A stretch of DNA of 32,000 nucleotides from Candidatus Heimdallarchaeota archaeon (GTDB lineage: Archaea; Asgardarchaeota; Heimdallarchaeia; Heimdallarchaeales; Kariarchaeaceae). Made by a program: the position numbers and the translations under genes. Position 1 is the stretch's first letter. Each line of letters opens with the position of its first letter. The notes under the pieces are model-generated. The model made no database searches, was not told the origin of the DNA, and worked only from the letters and a program-made list of their open reading frames with translations. Where the stretch lies: assembly GCA_030149205.1 (NCBI GenBank), contig JASBSB010000006.1:600001-632000 (forward strand). Direction: 5' to 3'. This document shows, one piece after another, positions 1 to 9,776 of this stretch.

Positions 1-1
1 C

Positions 2-1243
2 CATATAACCAAATTTAAAGGATAGAGACAATATGATCCTATGAATTTTTCTAAGTGGAAGATTATTATTTCTAAGAATTCTTAACACACCTCTGAAGAC
101 AGACACAAGGTTATCTGGACATGATTTATATCTAAAAAATTTAGTCAGCGTAATAACCAAATCCAAAGGTAAGCCAGATAGAACTGCTTCAACCCCAATT
201 TCAGTAATATAAAGCTTAATTCCTGTATTTGGTCGAATAATTAGACTCTCTAACGGATTACTTTTACTGAGTTTTCTTGATGTTTTAGATAATAACTGAT
301 GAGAAATCAGATTTTGTACCATACCAAAATTTGCAAGCTGAGTTTTAATGTGGGTTTGAATATCAATAGATGATGCTTTGATCATTTCCTTCATAATATA
401 AATATAGATAAGCTGACCCAAACATAGGAAAGGTTGGTTAGTACATCGTTGACAATAAACTCCATCTCCTTTGAGGCTGACTGTGTGTAATCCATCAATA
501 GTTGAAATCCTGATCTTTAAACGAGTAACTTTAGTTAAATCTAAATTATTTATATTCATTTGGTAAAAATTTTGTAATACCTCTTTAAGCTCTCTGAAAG
601 AGTTTATGCCTATTATAAAATGGGTGTCTAAGCTTTCCAACTCGTATAATCTTTTGAAAAATTTCAGAATACCTGTGATCAGGGTGGTGTTAGGGAAGGA
701 ATGTGTAGCGAAAATTACCCGTAGAATTTGTTCTTGAATCGATCTGAATGGAAAAAGAATGTTTGGTATTCGAGGTAAGAATTGTTGTGATTGAGACTTA
801 TCGGTTATATTAACCCCCATCGTATCTAAAATTTTCATTGTGTGAAATTTAGTTAAATTTGATTCCCTGCTCCATTCTTCATAAGAAGATATTTCTGATC
901 CCATAATAGGAGGATCTAAGACAGGTAATTGCTCATCTAAGATTTTTTCCTCAGCTTTGTTTGATAGAACCAATGGGATACCATATAGTTCACTAATGAG
1001 GAAAATGGGAAGGTGTTCGAATTGTAATTTTTCTACCAGAATAAATCTGAGTGAATCTATCTGTTCAATATAATCTGTTAACAGCCCCTTTAGAGTGTCT
1101 TTATACAAAATCTCATTTATCGTAAAGCAATTTATCTCGAATGTCTCTTCTATGATTTTTTGCAGTTTAACAGATGAGGTGATAATGAAGTCATTGTCAG
1201 AAAGATGTTCTATGACTTCTTGAATCACTGGCATAGTCAACAT
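2..1243 (-). CDS. Partial CDS (414 codons, runs off window start), hypothetical; degenerate SWIM-like Cys cluster and a possible winged-helix segment
   Basis: Not in the ORF track. I read the frame manually and found no stop from ATG 1243 to position 2. The ATG overlaps the upstream TGA (TGATG). Motifs: VSLKGDGVYCQRCTNQPFLCLG and LYITEIGVEAVLSGLPL. Confidence 0.8.
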   Translation of the reverse strand, partial: MLTMPVIQEVIEHLSDNDFIITSSVKLQKIIEETFEINCFTINEILYKDTLKGLLTDYIEQIDSLRFILVEKLQFEHLPIFLISELYGIPLVLSNKAEEKILDEQLPVLDPPIMGSEISSYEEWSRESNLTKFHTMKILDTMGVNITDKSQSQQFLPRIPNILFPFRSIQEQILRVIFATHSFPNTTLITGILKFFKRLYELESLDTHFIIGINSFRELKEVLQNFYQMNINNLDLTKVTRLKIRISTIDGLHTVSLKGDGVYCQRCTNQPFLCLGQLIYIYIMKEMIKASSIDIQTHIKTQLANFGMVQNLISHQLLSKTSRKLSKSNPLESLIIRPNTGIKLYITEIGVEAVLSGLPLDLVITLTKFFRYKSCPDNLVSVFRGVLRILRNNNLPLRKIHRIILSLSFKFGYM

Positions 1244-1989
1244 CAAATTACACCTAACTCCACATATCTTAGAAATGTGTCTGGATCCTCTTCTGGGTGA
1301 GACACTACTTGCATCGCTTTTCGATTTCTTAGCTCCATCACAACAAAAATAACCAATTGACTCAGAGTAAGTAATGAGGTATTTTCGAGTCCTAATGCAG
1401 GAACAAAGAATATTGAGCTAAAGATGATCCCAGCTAACATCATTAGTGTTAATGGGTGATCCCTGCCCATTAAAACAAAGACTCCAAAAAGTTCATTTGA
1501 TCTAGGTAATCCAGATATGAAGATTGAGACTATAATATACCACAGCATAAAATAGCTAAAATATACATTAAATCCATTATAGACCAAAAAAAGGATCAGA
1601 TTATCCTGGTAGATAAACAACAGGAGGTCAACAATTATCAAAACATATGGGGCAAAAAGAAAGGTTACCTCAGCCTTGAAATTTTGCCTTAGATTTACGC
1701 CCAGACCTACATATACTCTATCAAAGGTAATTGCAATTCCACTTGTGATATCACCTGAAAACAATCGGACAACAGTAAGTCTAATAAACAGTTTTGAGAG
1801 CGTTCCAATAAAGAATATTCTGTTAAGCAATCTAAACACTGTATCATCATTGTATTTGACTGCTGTAAATCTTAGCAATCTTAGAAATTGAGCAAGAATG
1901 AACTCATGGACAATAGGGAAGAAGAGCAAAGCTAAGAAAAAAGCAAGGACAATATACGAAATCTGATAGACAATGCTTAGATCCATCAC
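1243..1989 (-). CDS. Multi-pass membrane protein, degenerate M50/DUF3267 zincin-peptidase-like (HExxH incomplete)
   Basis: About 6 hydrophobic segments. Motifs IVHEFIL (second His absent), LFAPY and SGLPRSNE. Probable start is ATG 1986. Confidence 0.55.
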   Translation of the reverse strand: MMDLSIVYQISYIVLAFFLALLFFPIVHEFILAQFLRLLRFTAVKYNDDTVFRLLNRIFFIGTLSKLFIRLTVVRLFSGDITSGIAITFDRVYVGLGVNLRQNFKAEVTFLFAPYVLIIVDLLLFIYQDNLILFLVYNGFNVYFSYFMLWYIIVSIFISGLPRSNELFGVFVLMGRDHPLTLMMLAGIIFSSIFFVPALGLENTSLLTLSQLVIFVVMELRNRKAMQVVSHPEEDPDTFLRYVELGVI

Positions 1990-2008
1990 AATTAAAGTGT
2001 GAATTAGT

Positions 2009-2016
2009 TTTATAAA
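2009..2016 (-). promoter_or_regulatory. TATA box (TTTATAAA), leaderless promoter
   Basis: Lies 22 nt upstream of ATG 1986; the same spacing recurs at several genes. Confidence 0.55.
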
Positions 2017-2540
2017 GAGATAATCTGTGGAAATTGTACCACATCTAGATTCTGGTAGACCTGAAAATAAGGAACCTTAAGTTTGTTTCGACGAATTGGA
2101 GAAAATATTAATGTATGGATCTTTGCTGATTTGAGTTCTACAAGGATCTCTTCTAAAAATCGAAGATAATTTTTTGTGTAATGGTGCAGAGCATCAAGAT
2201 CATAAAAAACTAAAGTAAAGTTTTTCATTTTTTTGTTTCTAATCACAGATTTAATTTGAGAAAGAAGACCCCTCCCAATATTAGTGTCTTCCATCCAATT
2301 ACGGGTTGAGATGGTATAAACGTAAGACCTCAGGTTTGCAGGAATAAGACTTTCTGGAAATTCTTCTATGGTATCAACTATTAGGAATTTACTCTTGGGT
2401 AAGTTAATCTCAGGAAGAAGTATACGAACATTTTTCTTAACCAGGTTGTTTAAGATATGAATCAATGATACCCGAGATTCATATTTAGTATCAGCGTAGA
2501 AGCCAATTCTGACCATTGGAGATAATTCAGACGAAATCAT
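2010..2540 (-). CDS. Inactive RecA/KaiC-superfamily ATPase-like protein
   Basis: Strand/helix order resembles the RecA fold. The Walker A position reads IGFYADTKYESR (no GKT). A Walker-B-like LVFYDLDAL is followed by FLEEILVELKSAKIHTLIF. ATGA overlap with the helicase stop. Confidence 0.45.
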   Translation of the reverse strand: MISSELSPMVRIGFYADTKYESRVSLIHILNNLVKKNVRILLPEINLPKSKFLIVDTIEEFPESLIPANLRSYVYTISTRNWMEDTNIGRGLLSQIKSVIRNKKMKNFTLVFYDLDALHHYTKNYLRFLEEILVELKSAKIHTLIFSPIRRNKLKVPYFQVYQNLDVVQFPQIISL

Positions 2541-4363
2541 GAGTTTAACTCCTCAAGAGTATCATAACCTGAGAAAAAATTGTCAATTTCCCCAATTAAT
2601 CTCTCAAAATTTGTGAATTTCTTGATTTCAAAGCTCTTATCAAACCCTCTAAGTAGTTCAGCCCTAAAGTCTAAAATAACTAAAGCACCTTTATCTACGC
2701 TAGATCTAACAGTCCTTCCAATGGCTTGGCTTATCAGTTGAAACAATGGAATCACCTGTTCAAAGTTGGTCGCCAGCATATGGTTTTCTAAAACGTTAAG
2801 TAATAGCTGAGAAATAAATTTTTGATCTGGAGAAGGAGTAGCAAAGGGCAATCCAGCAAAGATTAAGGTAGAAATCAAAGAATTTCCATGTTGTACGAGT
2901 TGTATTCCTTCAGAAAGCTTACCTGAAGAGATAGCCAGTATCAAATGTTTCTTTTTTCTAAATCTGAGCGAATTCTGAATCTCTGAGATTTGGGTGCTTC
3001 TATCTTCCTTCACAATGGGAATCTTACTAATCTTGTTAAGATAGACAAATAAATCCTCTTGAAAAGAGTATGAGGGGCACACGACCATAATATGTCTGGG
3101 TGACACTTCTGCAAGCCTTAGAATTGCCCTGCTCATTGTAGTATAGAGATAGGGGTTTCTTCTTTCATATTTACTGGTCAGTCCTGAGTTTACGACAAAG
3201 CCCTTGAACATTTGTGTGTTATCGATTTCTTCAAGATCAAGTAGCCTTGCCTTACGGAAACCGAATATCTTTTGAAAAGTTTTTAGTGGTCGTAATGTAC
3301 CGCTCATGAATATTTGCAAAGCTGCATCATCCAAATTTTTCAGCCATTTAGCTGGAGAAACCCTTACAAAAGCAATTTCAGACCTATTTGATATTAGATA
3401 ACCAGTATTCCTCATCTTTAAAAATCGGTTAAATTGAAGTACTGGTTCAGAACTGAGATAAGTAAAAGTTTCTGGATCTGTGAACCTATCATCTACATCA
3501 AGCATGCTGCTTAGTTCATCCCAGACATATTCTGGAGCAACCTCATCTGTCGACAGCAGGTCAATATGTCCTATTATCTTCTTTAAAGTGTTAAGCAGAA
3601 CATGATTTCCAATGAATTCTTCTATAAATTCGATGTCATTGAGGGTTAAAGACTCTCTCACTGTGTTGGCTAAGTTATGTGCCTCATCCACAATAATTAT
3701 GGTATCATCTAACGATAGATTCATAGAATTTAAGAGGTATGAAAAAAGAGGCTCCAGGATATAAGGATAGGTTGTCAACACAATATCAGCAGCCTTAAGC
3801 ATTGAGTGCTGGATATAGTATGGACATTGATTCTTTTTAGAGTTAAATACTTGATGTTTAAAATATTCAGTGTTAGGATCTTTCAATAGTTTTAGATTGA
3901 TGGTGTGGAGATAACGTTCCCCCTGTGGTTTTTCAATGGTACGACTGGGATGAAAGTTACAGGGAAGAAGATGACAGAGAAATCCAACAGCTTCTGGAGC
4001 GATGTGCATACTTTTTTGAGAGGTGTTCGCTAAGATCCTGCACATTTTGTACTTTCCCAGAAAAGGCACTATTAATGGGGGATTCTTCTTTTTATGATAT
4101 ATCGCTCTCCATTCTCTGAGAAAAGAACTAAGCTGAGAGATTGTCCTACAGAATACAACGATTTTTTGATGTGGAGCTTTCTTCGCCAACGTCGCAGATA
4201 ACACAGCAATAGTCTTTCCTGCCCCTGTAGAGTTATGAATCATGATTTTACTTTTGGGCTCCGCACTGGCAATTTCTTCCATCATTCTGAACTGTGAGGT
4301 ACTCGGTGATTGATAGGGAAATAAGCTGTTGTACTCAGTAATTACCTGACTTGTCGTTTTCAC
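2537..4363 (-). CDS. XPD/Rad3/DinG-family SF2 DNA helicase with Fe-S cluster
   Basis: Q-motif FPYQ, Walker A STGAGKT, DEAH, four Cys (KMC, FLC, LPC, QCPYY), GKLSEGI and QAIGRTVR..DKG. Confidence 0.93.
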   Translation of the reverse strand: MKTTSQVITEYNSLFPYQSPSTSQFRMMEEIASAEPKSKIMIHNSTGAGKTIAVLSATLAKKAPHQKIVVFCRTISQLSSFLREWRAIYHKKKNPPLIVPFLGKYKMCRILANTSQKSMHIAPEAVGFLCHLLPCNFHPSRTIEKPQGERYLHTINLKLLKDPNTEYFKHQVFNSKKNQCPYYIQHSMLKAADIVLTTYPYILEPLFSYLLNSMNLSLDDTIIIVDEAHNLANTVRESLTLNDIEFIEEFIGNHVLLNTLKKIIGHIDLLSTDEVAPEYVWDELSSMLDVDDRFTDPETFTYLSSEPVLQFNRFLKMRNTGYLISNRSEIAFVRVSPAKWLKNLDDAALQIFMSGTLRPLKTFQKIFGFRKARLLDLEEIDNTQMFKGFVVNSGLTSKYERRNPYLYTTMSRAILRLAEVSPRHIMVVCPSYSFQEDLFVYLNKISKIPIVKEDRSTQISEIQNSLRFRKKKHLILAISSGKLSEGIQLVQHGNSLISTLIFAGLPFATPSPDQKFISQLLLNVLENHMLATNFEQVIPLFQLISQAIGRTVRSSVDKGALVILDFRAELLRGFDKSFEIKKFTNFERLIGEIDNFFSGYDTLEELNS

Positions 4364-4386
4364 TCTCTAAGTAATGTATTTCTTAT

Positions 4387-4394
4387 TTATTTAA
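4387..4394 (-). promoter_or_regulatory. TATA box (TTAAATAA), leaderless promoter of the helicase
   Basis: Lies 23 nt upstream of GTG 4363. The identical 12-mer TTAAATAAATAA occurs with identical spacing at 8674-8685. Confidence 0.6.
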
Positions 4395-4404
4395 AGAAAG
4401 ATTC

Positions 4405-4953
4405 TCATTTACTTGGTAGGGTCTCAAACCCTTGATTCTTTTGAATAGACGGTAGATAGGGTGAAATTGGGAAAAGTAATAGTGTATAAGGAAGAAATTC
4501 AATTCCACTGATTGCAGAAATCGTGTCAAACAAGTCAAAAATTACAGCAATCTTAAGTAACAGGATCCCCCAAGCCAGATTATCACCAGAAAATATCTCA
4601 TTCCAATCATCAAGTGTGGGTACAGAGTTGATGATAAAGACACCATACAACGCCCACCCTGCGTATTTCAACAAAGAGAGACTGGGAAGAGAGATTATCC
4701 AACTTTGAAGATACACGTTAAGCATCAAAAATAACAGAAAGGGGGCAATAAGTCTCGAGCTGATGAAAACCTCTGAATTTGTTCTAGGGTAAATCTCCTC
4801 AATAAGATGGGAAATGGAAGTTCTTAATGTAAGCCCAAATTTCATAAAAGGGTCAATGAACGTTTTTGGTAAGAGTGGCACCAATGCATAAAGAAGTACA
4901 CTTCCAATAATCACATGGATTAGATATATTTGTAAGAAATTTGAGAAAGTCAT
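4405..4953 (-). CDS. Membrane protein, probable paralog of 1243..1989 (degenerate M50/DUF3267-like)
   Basis: About 5 TM segments. LIAPF and NSVPTLDD match the LFAPY and SGLPRSNE motifs of the 248-aa protein. ATGA overlap with the upstream ORF. Confidence 0.55.
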   Translation of the reverse strand: MTFSNFLQIYLIHVIIGSVLLYALVPLLPKTFIDPFMKFGLTLRTSISHLIEEIYPRTNSEVFISSRLIAPFLLFLMLNVYLQSWIISLPSLSLLKYAGWALYGVFIINSVPTLDDWNEIFSGDNLAWGILLLKIAVIFDLFDTISAISGIEFLPYTLLLFPISPYLPSIQKNQGFETLPSK

Positions 4954-5303
4954 TGTTTAATTACCTTTATACCCTCATCATCAAGGATGATTTCAAATGA
5001 ACTGTTTTCCTCTTCTAACAGATAAACAGATGATTCTATTGGCATTTGTAAAAGAGAATATTTGGTATCCGATATCTCCATGGTAAATTCTTCAGACCCC
5101 GAACGTATATATTTCAAGCCAATGTAAATTAATTCTACTGATGCAATAGAAATCACAACCGGAATCAGGGGAAGTGAGATTACAAACCTTAAAAGTACAT
5201 AAGCTATTAAATCTCTTAAAACAAAATTGTTTAATAAAATCTTTTTCCAATTCCTCAGGAGATTCTCAGTGTCTAAAGTCATCCAAGGTTGAATAAAGTT
5301 CAT
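4950..5303 (-). CDS. Small membrane protein (TM hairpin plus acidic soluble tail)
   Basis: Hydrophobic stretch LIAYVLLRFVISLPLIPVVISIASVELIYIGL. Own TATA box at 5326-5333. Confidence 0.7.
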   Translation of the reverse strand: MNFIQPWMTLDTENLLRNWKKILLNNFVLRDLIAYVLLRFVISLPLIPVVISIASVELIYIGLKYIRSGSEEFTMEISDTKYSLLQMPIESSVYLLEEENSSFEIILDDEGIKVIKQ

Positions 5304-5325
5304 TACTTGATAATTCCAAAATCAA

Positions 5326-5333
5326 TTTATAAA
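5326..5333 (-). promoter_or_regulatory. TATA box (TTTATAAA), leaderless promoter
   Basis: Lies 22 nt upstream of ATG 5303. Confidence 0.55.
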
Positions 5334-5339
5334 CAAAAA

Positions 5340-8300
5340 TTAGGTTTTTGCCTTTAATACACTCTCAAATTTTGCCAAAAGAAATTCTTTACAGTTCTCT
5401 AATATTTTCCTCTTTTCAAGAGAGGATTCTGCTTTTTGATATTGAGATAGAATTTTGTTATACCCACGTAGTGATAGTTTTTTGACTAGAAACTTGTTGG
5501 AACTCTCAATTAAAACATGGTTAAGAACTGGATTTTTAATCTCAAAATCAACAAGATCAGTTACAATCATGCCACCACGGATTTTCTGATAATCTAGCAT
5601 CCTCTGATGTAATAATGAAATATAAAACTCTGAATCTGGTAACACAGAGGTTTCATCTAGATTCAGTATCTTCATTACTTGATCATAATCCGACTTCTGC
5701 TTTCTAAATGATTTTTCAGAAAGTTTCCAATAACTGAGAATAAACCTAACACTGTCCTGTATCATTTTTGAAGGGGTTCCGCTCCTGTTTAAAATTTCTA
5801 AAATAGAATTGTTCTCGGAGTCATTAAATTTGAATCCAATATTTGGGGGATAGAGAGAGCTTTGAATAGAGATTCCTTGAGAGAGTAGTATATATCTCCC
5901 TAAAGGTTTAAGTTTCATTAGTAAACCTTTGGACTTTTTGTTTATTCGGAGTGACCTCAATTCCTTTATCTCTTTAAGTAAGACTCGATCCTCAATTTCT
6001 AACTCTGAAGCTTCAATCTTTAAGAATTGTCTTAGACTAAGCTTAGAGTATTCATGCCTCCAATTAATGAAATATCTCAGAGCAAAACGATCCAATAGAT
6101 CCAATAATACCTTCTCATCTACTTGTTGAGATTCATCAATCAATAATGTGGGTAAAGCTCGAAAATCGATTTTGATAAAGGGTATCAAAGGTGTTTCAAG
6201 AGTCATTTTAAATTCCGAATTCGGAGAATGATTGTCCTGTTCAAATTTTGCACTAATCACAGAGTCTGATGATTTTAAATCACCTGTTGTCTCATTTTCT
6301 CTAATTTTTGGTTCAAGGACTATTTGATCCTCATTGACAGGCTGGTTGCTTGAACTAATATCTTGAATTTCAGTTGATTGTTCGATATATCGATGAAAGA
6401 ATATAGCTACTTTGGATTGCAGCTCTAATAAGATAAATCTGAGGAATTTTGATGCATCATCTAATATTGTATTTTTGTTCCAACAAATTATGAATGAAAG
6501 AAGAGAACTATCTAGATCATCTTCAGATTGAAGTTGATATTTTAGAGATAACAAGGATTTCACATAAAAGTAAGTGATATTTAGTTCTACAGGAATCAGG
6601 CCTTTATTTGACAGGTCTATGATTAATTCCTCAGAACTCAAAAATTTGTTCAGATCAACTCTATAAGACCTTATGTTGCCTAAGATCATATCAATATATT
6701 CCCTACCTTGATTTGTTACTATCAACTCCTCTGTAACGTCAGTATAACCTTTTCTAATTTTTTCCACTAATCCTCGAGAGATGAGTCTGTTAAGAGCATG
6801 TTCATCACCTTTTTCATTCAGAACCAGCGATAATGGAGTACTTTTGCCCATCTCTTCAATTTTTGAAATTGCTGAACCAAGAAAAGTTTTCTTTGGTACA
6901 AGTTCTCTTAGCAGTTGCAACTCAATTTTAGTTGCTTCGTATTCTTCTAACAATCGAGAATATGTTATTTTGATACTATTATCTCCCTTAAGCTCAGATT
7001 CTATAAACAGAAGAATTTCATGGTTCTCAGTTGTAATTGGTTGTTCATCAACCTCATGCAATTCATCTAGTAACAATTCATCATCTTGGTTTGTAATTTG
7101 CTTCAAGGGTTTAGAGTGATTGAAAGACACTATCTGAAACTTATCAGACAAAGGTGATTTGTAATAATATCCAGAGTACATTCTTTTGAATTGATTTATG
7201 AACCATTGATTCTGGGGATAACTGAGAAGTTTAGGTTCTAAAACCAATAAAGGAAGATTAATGGGATGCAGGCGTGGGTTAACCGCACGAATTATAAACC
7301 TGGTCTGTGGGCTCAAATTTTTAACTAGCTGGAATGTCTCCCTATTTATCAATAGATTGGATATCAAGGGGTCTTCAATTATTAGGGTATCAAAGAGTAT
7401 TCCCTTGACTTTTGCAAAAATGATGAATGTATAAAGTTGAAATAATGACTGAATAGGAGATTTATGGCTAAATTTTAGTAGAGGGAACCTAAATATTTCT
7501 GTTTCATATGAGGAATCTGAGTCAGGAGGGTTTAGAAATGTATAATTTTCAAAGTGTGAAAACGTTATCAAAATTTTATTCATCTCTTCATCATATCCTG
7601 AAAAGCCATTAAACTGTGTTTTATCCTCGAGTAATGAATCAAACCTTAATTTTGATAGGTTTGAAACGGAAAGAGTAGATGATTTAGCAGATTCAATAAG
7701 TAAAAGCAAATTTTCAGTCAGGTTATCCACATCAACTAACACTTCTAAGAACTTGCCAAATAAGGTGAGATCAAACCCTGCAGGTAATTTTTCCAATAGT
7801 TTAAAATAATCAGTCTTTAATAACTTAAAGTCAATTTCTTTAAATGGTAACTCGTTAGTTCCAACATATAAGACTCTCCCTGCATATCCAGAGAGGAACC
7901 TTTGGCACCACTCATCAAACTGCTCCTTCATGGCCAATGCAACCAAAGATTCTCCCTCAACTAAGGTATATTCTACCCCAGCAAGATTACAAACAAATGG
8001 TTCCATAAGAGGATCTGTAAGTGGTTTCAATCCACGGATGTCCAACATTTCTGAAAAATCTGCTGGAGGGAAATCGAAGAGTTTTCTAATTAAATCACTT
8101 AAATACCCAGGCTCTTCTGCTTCAATAAAACCAAATTTGTTGTCTAGGTAGAATGTTTTTGGGTTAATTGAAAGCATATCATCAGTACTTCTGTCGAGAT
8201 TTGGATTTAATGAAAAGTGTGATGACCTGATTTTTGCTTTATACAAACCTTTGACTGCTAAATCTTGAATGGGAATCTCATCGGTTTTAGGATGTACCTG

Positions 8301-8657
8301 ATGGTAGACTGCTACAAAGGCAAGCCTATGATTGTAACGAATGATCCGCAATTTCCAATTGTTCTCTTGTAAATATTTTAGAAGTTCAAAGAAAGAGTTG
8401 CTTTCTACCTCTTTGAATTTATCTGAAATCTTGGAATTAATGATTGTCAACTTCTCATCTTTTGTTTTCAGATTTCTTAGTTGTGGAATCTGATCCAATT
8501 TCTCTTTTTCATCTAATGTTTGATATGATATGCTAAAATTTGGTGGTTTAACAAGGTAAAATGAATAAACCATAGAATTATTATTTAAATCAATTTTCAG
8601 GTGATTTTTTCTAATCTTAGAAAAATTGGTTTCATAAGCTTGATAAGATTGCATCAC
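5340..8657 (-). CDS. Large cytoplasmic protein (1105 aa): possible degenerate HerA/VirB4-like ATPase region plus winged-helix domains
   Basis: Long ORF. Winged-helix signature ALNRLISRGLVEK...LIVTNQGREYI and a second ...MKLKPLGRYIL. Walker-B-like DTLIIED followed by RFIIRAVNP. No intact Walker A. Probable start is ATG 8654. Confidence 0.5.
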   Translation of the reverse strand: MMQSYQAYETNFSKIRKNHLKIDLNNNSMVYSFYLVKPPNFSISYQTLDEKEKLDQIPQLRNLKTKDEKLTIINSKISDKFKEVESNSFFELLKYLQENNWKLRIIRYNHRLAFVAVYHQVHPKTDEIPIQDLAVKGLYKAKIRSSHFSLNPNLDRSTDDMLSINPKTFYLDNKFGFIEAEEPGYLSDLIRKLFDFPPADFSEMLDIRGLKPLTDPLMEPFVCNLAGVEYTLVEGESLVALAMKEQFDEWCQRFLSGYAGRVLYVGTNELPFKEIDFKLLKTDYFKLLEKLPAGFDLTLFGKFLEVLVDVDNLTENLLLLIESAKSSTLSVSNLSKLRFDSLLEDKTQFNGFSGYDEEMNKILITFSHFENYTFLNPPDSDSSYETEIFRFPLLKFSHKSPIQSLFQLYTFIIFAKVKGILFDTLIIEDPLISNLLINRETFQLVKNLSPQTRFIIRAVNPRLHPINLPLLVLEPKLLSYPQNQWFINQFKRMYSGYYYKSPLSDKFQIVSFNHSKPLKQITNQDDELLLDELHEVDEQPITTENHEILLFIESELKGDNSIKITYSRLLEEYEATKIELQLLRELVPKKTFLGSAISKIEEMGKSTPLSLVLNEKGDEHALNRLISRGLVEKIRKGYTDVTEELIVTNQGREYIDMILGNIRSYRVDLNKFLSSEELIIDLSNKGLIPVELNITYFYVKSLLSLKYQLQSEDDLDSSLLSFIICWNKNTILDDASKFLRFILLELQSKVAIFFHRYIEQSTEIQDISSSNQPVNEDQIVLEPKIRENETTGDLKSSDSVISAKFEQDNHSPNSEFKMTLETPLIPFIKIDFRALPTLLIDESQQVDEKVLLDLLDRFALRYFINWRHEYSKLSLRQFLKIEASELEIEDRVLLKEIKELRSLRINKKSKGLLMKLKPLGRYILLSQGISIQSSLYPPNIGFKFNDSENNSILEILNRSGTPSKMIQDSVRFILSYWKLSEKSFRKQKSDYDQVMKILNLDETSVLPDSEFYISLLHQRMLDYQKIRGGMIVTDLVDFEIKNPVLNHVLIESSNKFLVKKLSLRGYNKILSQYQKAESSLEKRKILENCKEFLLAKFESVLKAKT

Positions 8658-8677
8658 ATTTGTAAGAATTGAGTTAT

Positions 8678-8685
8678 TTATTTAA
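8678..8685 (-). promoter_or_regulatory. TATA box (TTAAATAA), leaderless promoter
   Basis: Lies 23 nt upstream of ATG 8654. Confidence 0.6.
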
Positions 8686-8693
8686 GTGAGGGA

Positions 8694-9776
8694 TTATCTC
8701 TTTCTAGGTGCTTGAATTACACTTGATTGCTTAATACGATTTCTTGAAATTTTGAAGTAGGTTCCCCAGGTTAAAATTAAAATTAATATCCCAATAATAG
8801 GGGTACCACTTCCGTTGCTAGAGTATATAAAGTTTAAAGGGTTGAATCCCCACCCAGACCCAGTTTGATTGGTTTTTAATACTGGAAAAGAGAGATCAAT
8901 AGAGGTGAAACTTATATTTACTGCAGGACCAAACAAGAGAATCATTAGGTTGTTTTGTTCTTTAAGCTTCACATTTTCAAGGTTAAAAGTTAGAGAACCC
9001 GTTTTTCTATCAACGACATTTTGGGATTGTATTTCATTCAACGATATTTTAAGGGTTGATTTATCCAATAACCCCTGTGATCCAACCATAGTAACCTGAG
9101 TATGAATTGATACTTTTGCGATTTTCTGAATTGCTGTTACTGGGAGCATCCAATTGATTTCTTGAGAAGTCTCTGTAAAATAGATTGATTTCCCAAAAGT
9201 TACAGTGAAAAACGGGATATATTCCAGCTGTAATCTTGTTTGGGTTAAATCAACTGGGAGCTGCCCAGGAAGAAAGTAGGTGCCTGTTTTAATTGTAATA
9301 CTGATATTAAGGTTAGAGCCCCCAATACCACCTCTTGTAAATTTGGCTTTCATACTGACAGGGATCTGACCTTTATGTTCACTGAAAGAAGAAAATAGAA
9401 ATTTGTTTTGGAAATACAGCTGATTTTGTACAATGCTTGAATGCGGTATAGGTTGTACTTTCAATCGAACTTCGCTCCCAGTCAGAGTAAACACACGAAA
9501 GCTATTGAAAAGGGGTTCAATCTGTCCAAAATACAATTCCAAAATTCCAGTTTGATTACTTTTGATGGTTATATCGTAACTTAATATATCCTTGTACTCT
9601 ACTGAGGTGTTCAAAATAAACCTCTCAAACACTAAGTTAGGACTCAAAACTGACTGATGAAAAACCTCCGTTTTTTTTGTGATGAAACTTATCTTTGAGT
9701 TCTGTTCGGAGTGAACAAAACTTGTACTCATAACGAGAAGAAGAACTAGAAGTCCACAGAATAATAAAGATCTCAA
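8694..9776 (-). CDS. Secreted, C-terminally membrane-anchored beta-rich surface protein
   Basis: N-terminal signal peptide, several N-x-S/T sequons (NTS, NQT, NIS, NGS), and C-terminal TM IIGILILILTWGTYF followed by a basic tail. Confidence 0.8.
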   Translation of the reverse strand: MRSLLFCGLLVLLLVMSTSFVHSEQNSKISFITKKTEVFHQSVLSPNLVFERFILNTSVEYKDILSYDITIKSNQTGILELYFGQIEPLFNSFRVFTLTGSEVRLKVQPIPHSSIVQNQLYFQNKFLFSSFSEHKGQIPVSMKAKFTRGGIGGSNLNISITIKTGTYFLPGQLPVDLTQTRLQLEYIPFFTVTFGKSIYFTETSQEINWMLPVTAIQKIAKVSIHTQVTMVGSQGLLDKSTLKISLNEIQSQNVVDRKTGSLTFNLENVKLKEQNNLMILLFGPAVNISFTSIDLSFPVLKTNQTGSGWGFNPLNFIYSSNGSGTPIIGILILILTWGTYFKISRNRIKQSSVIQAPRKR

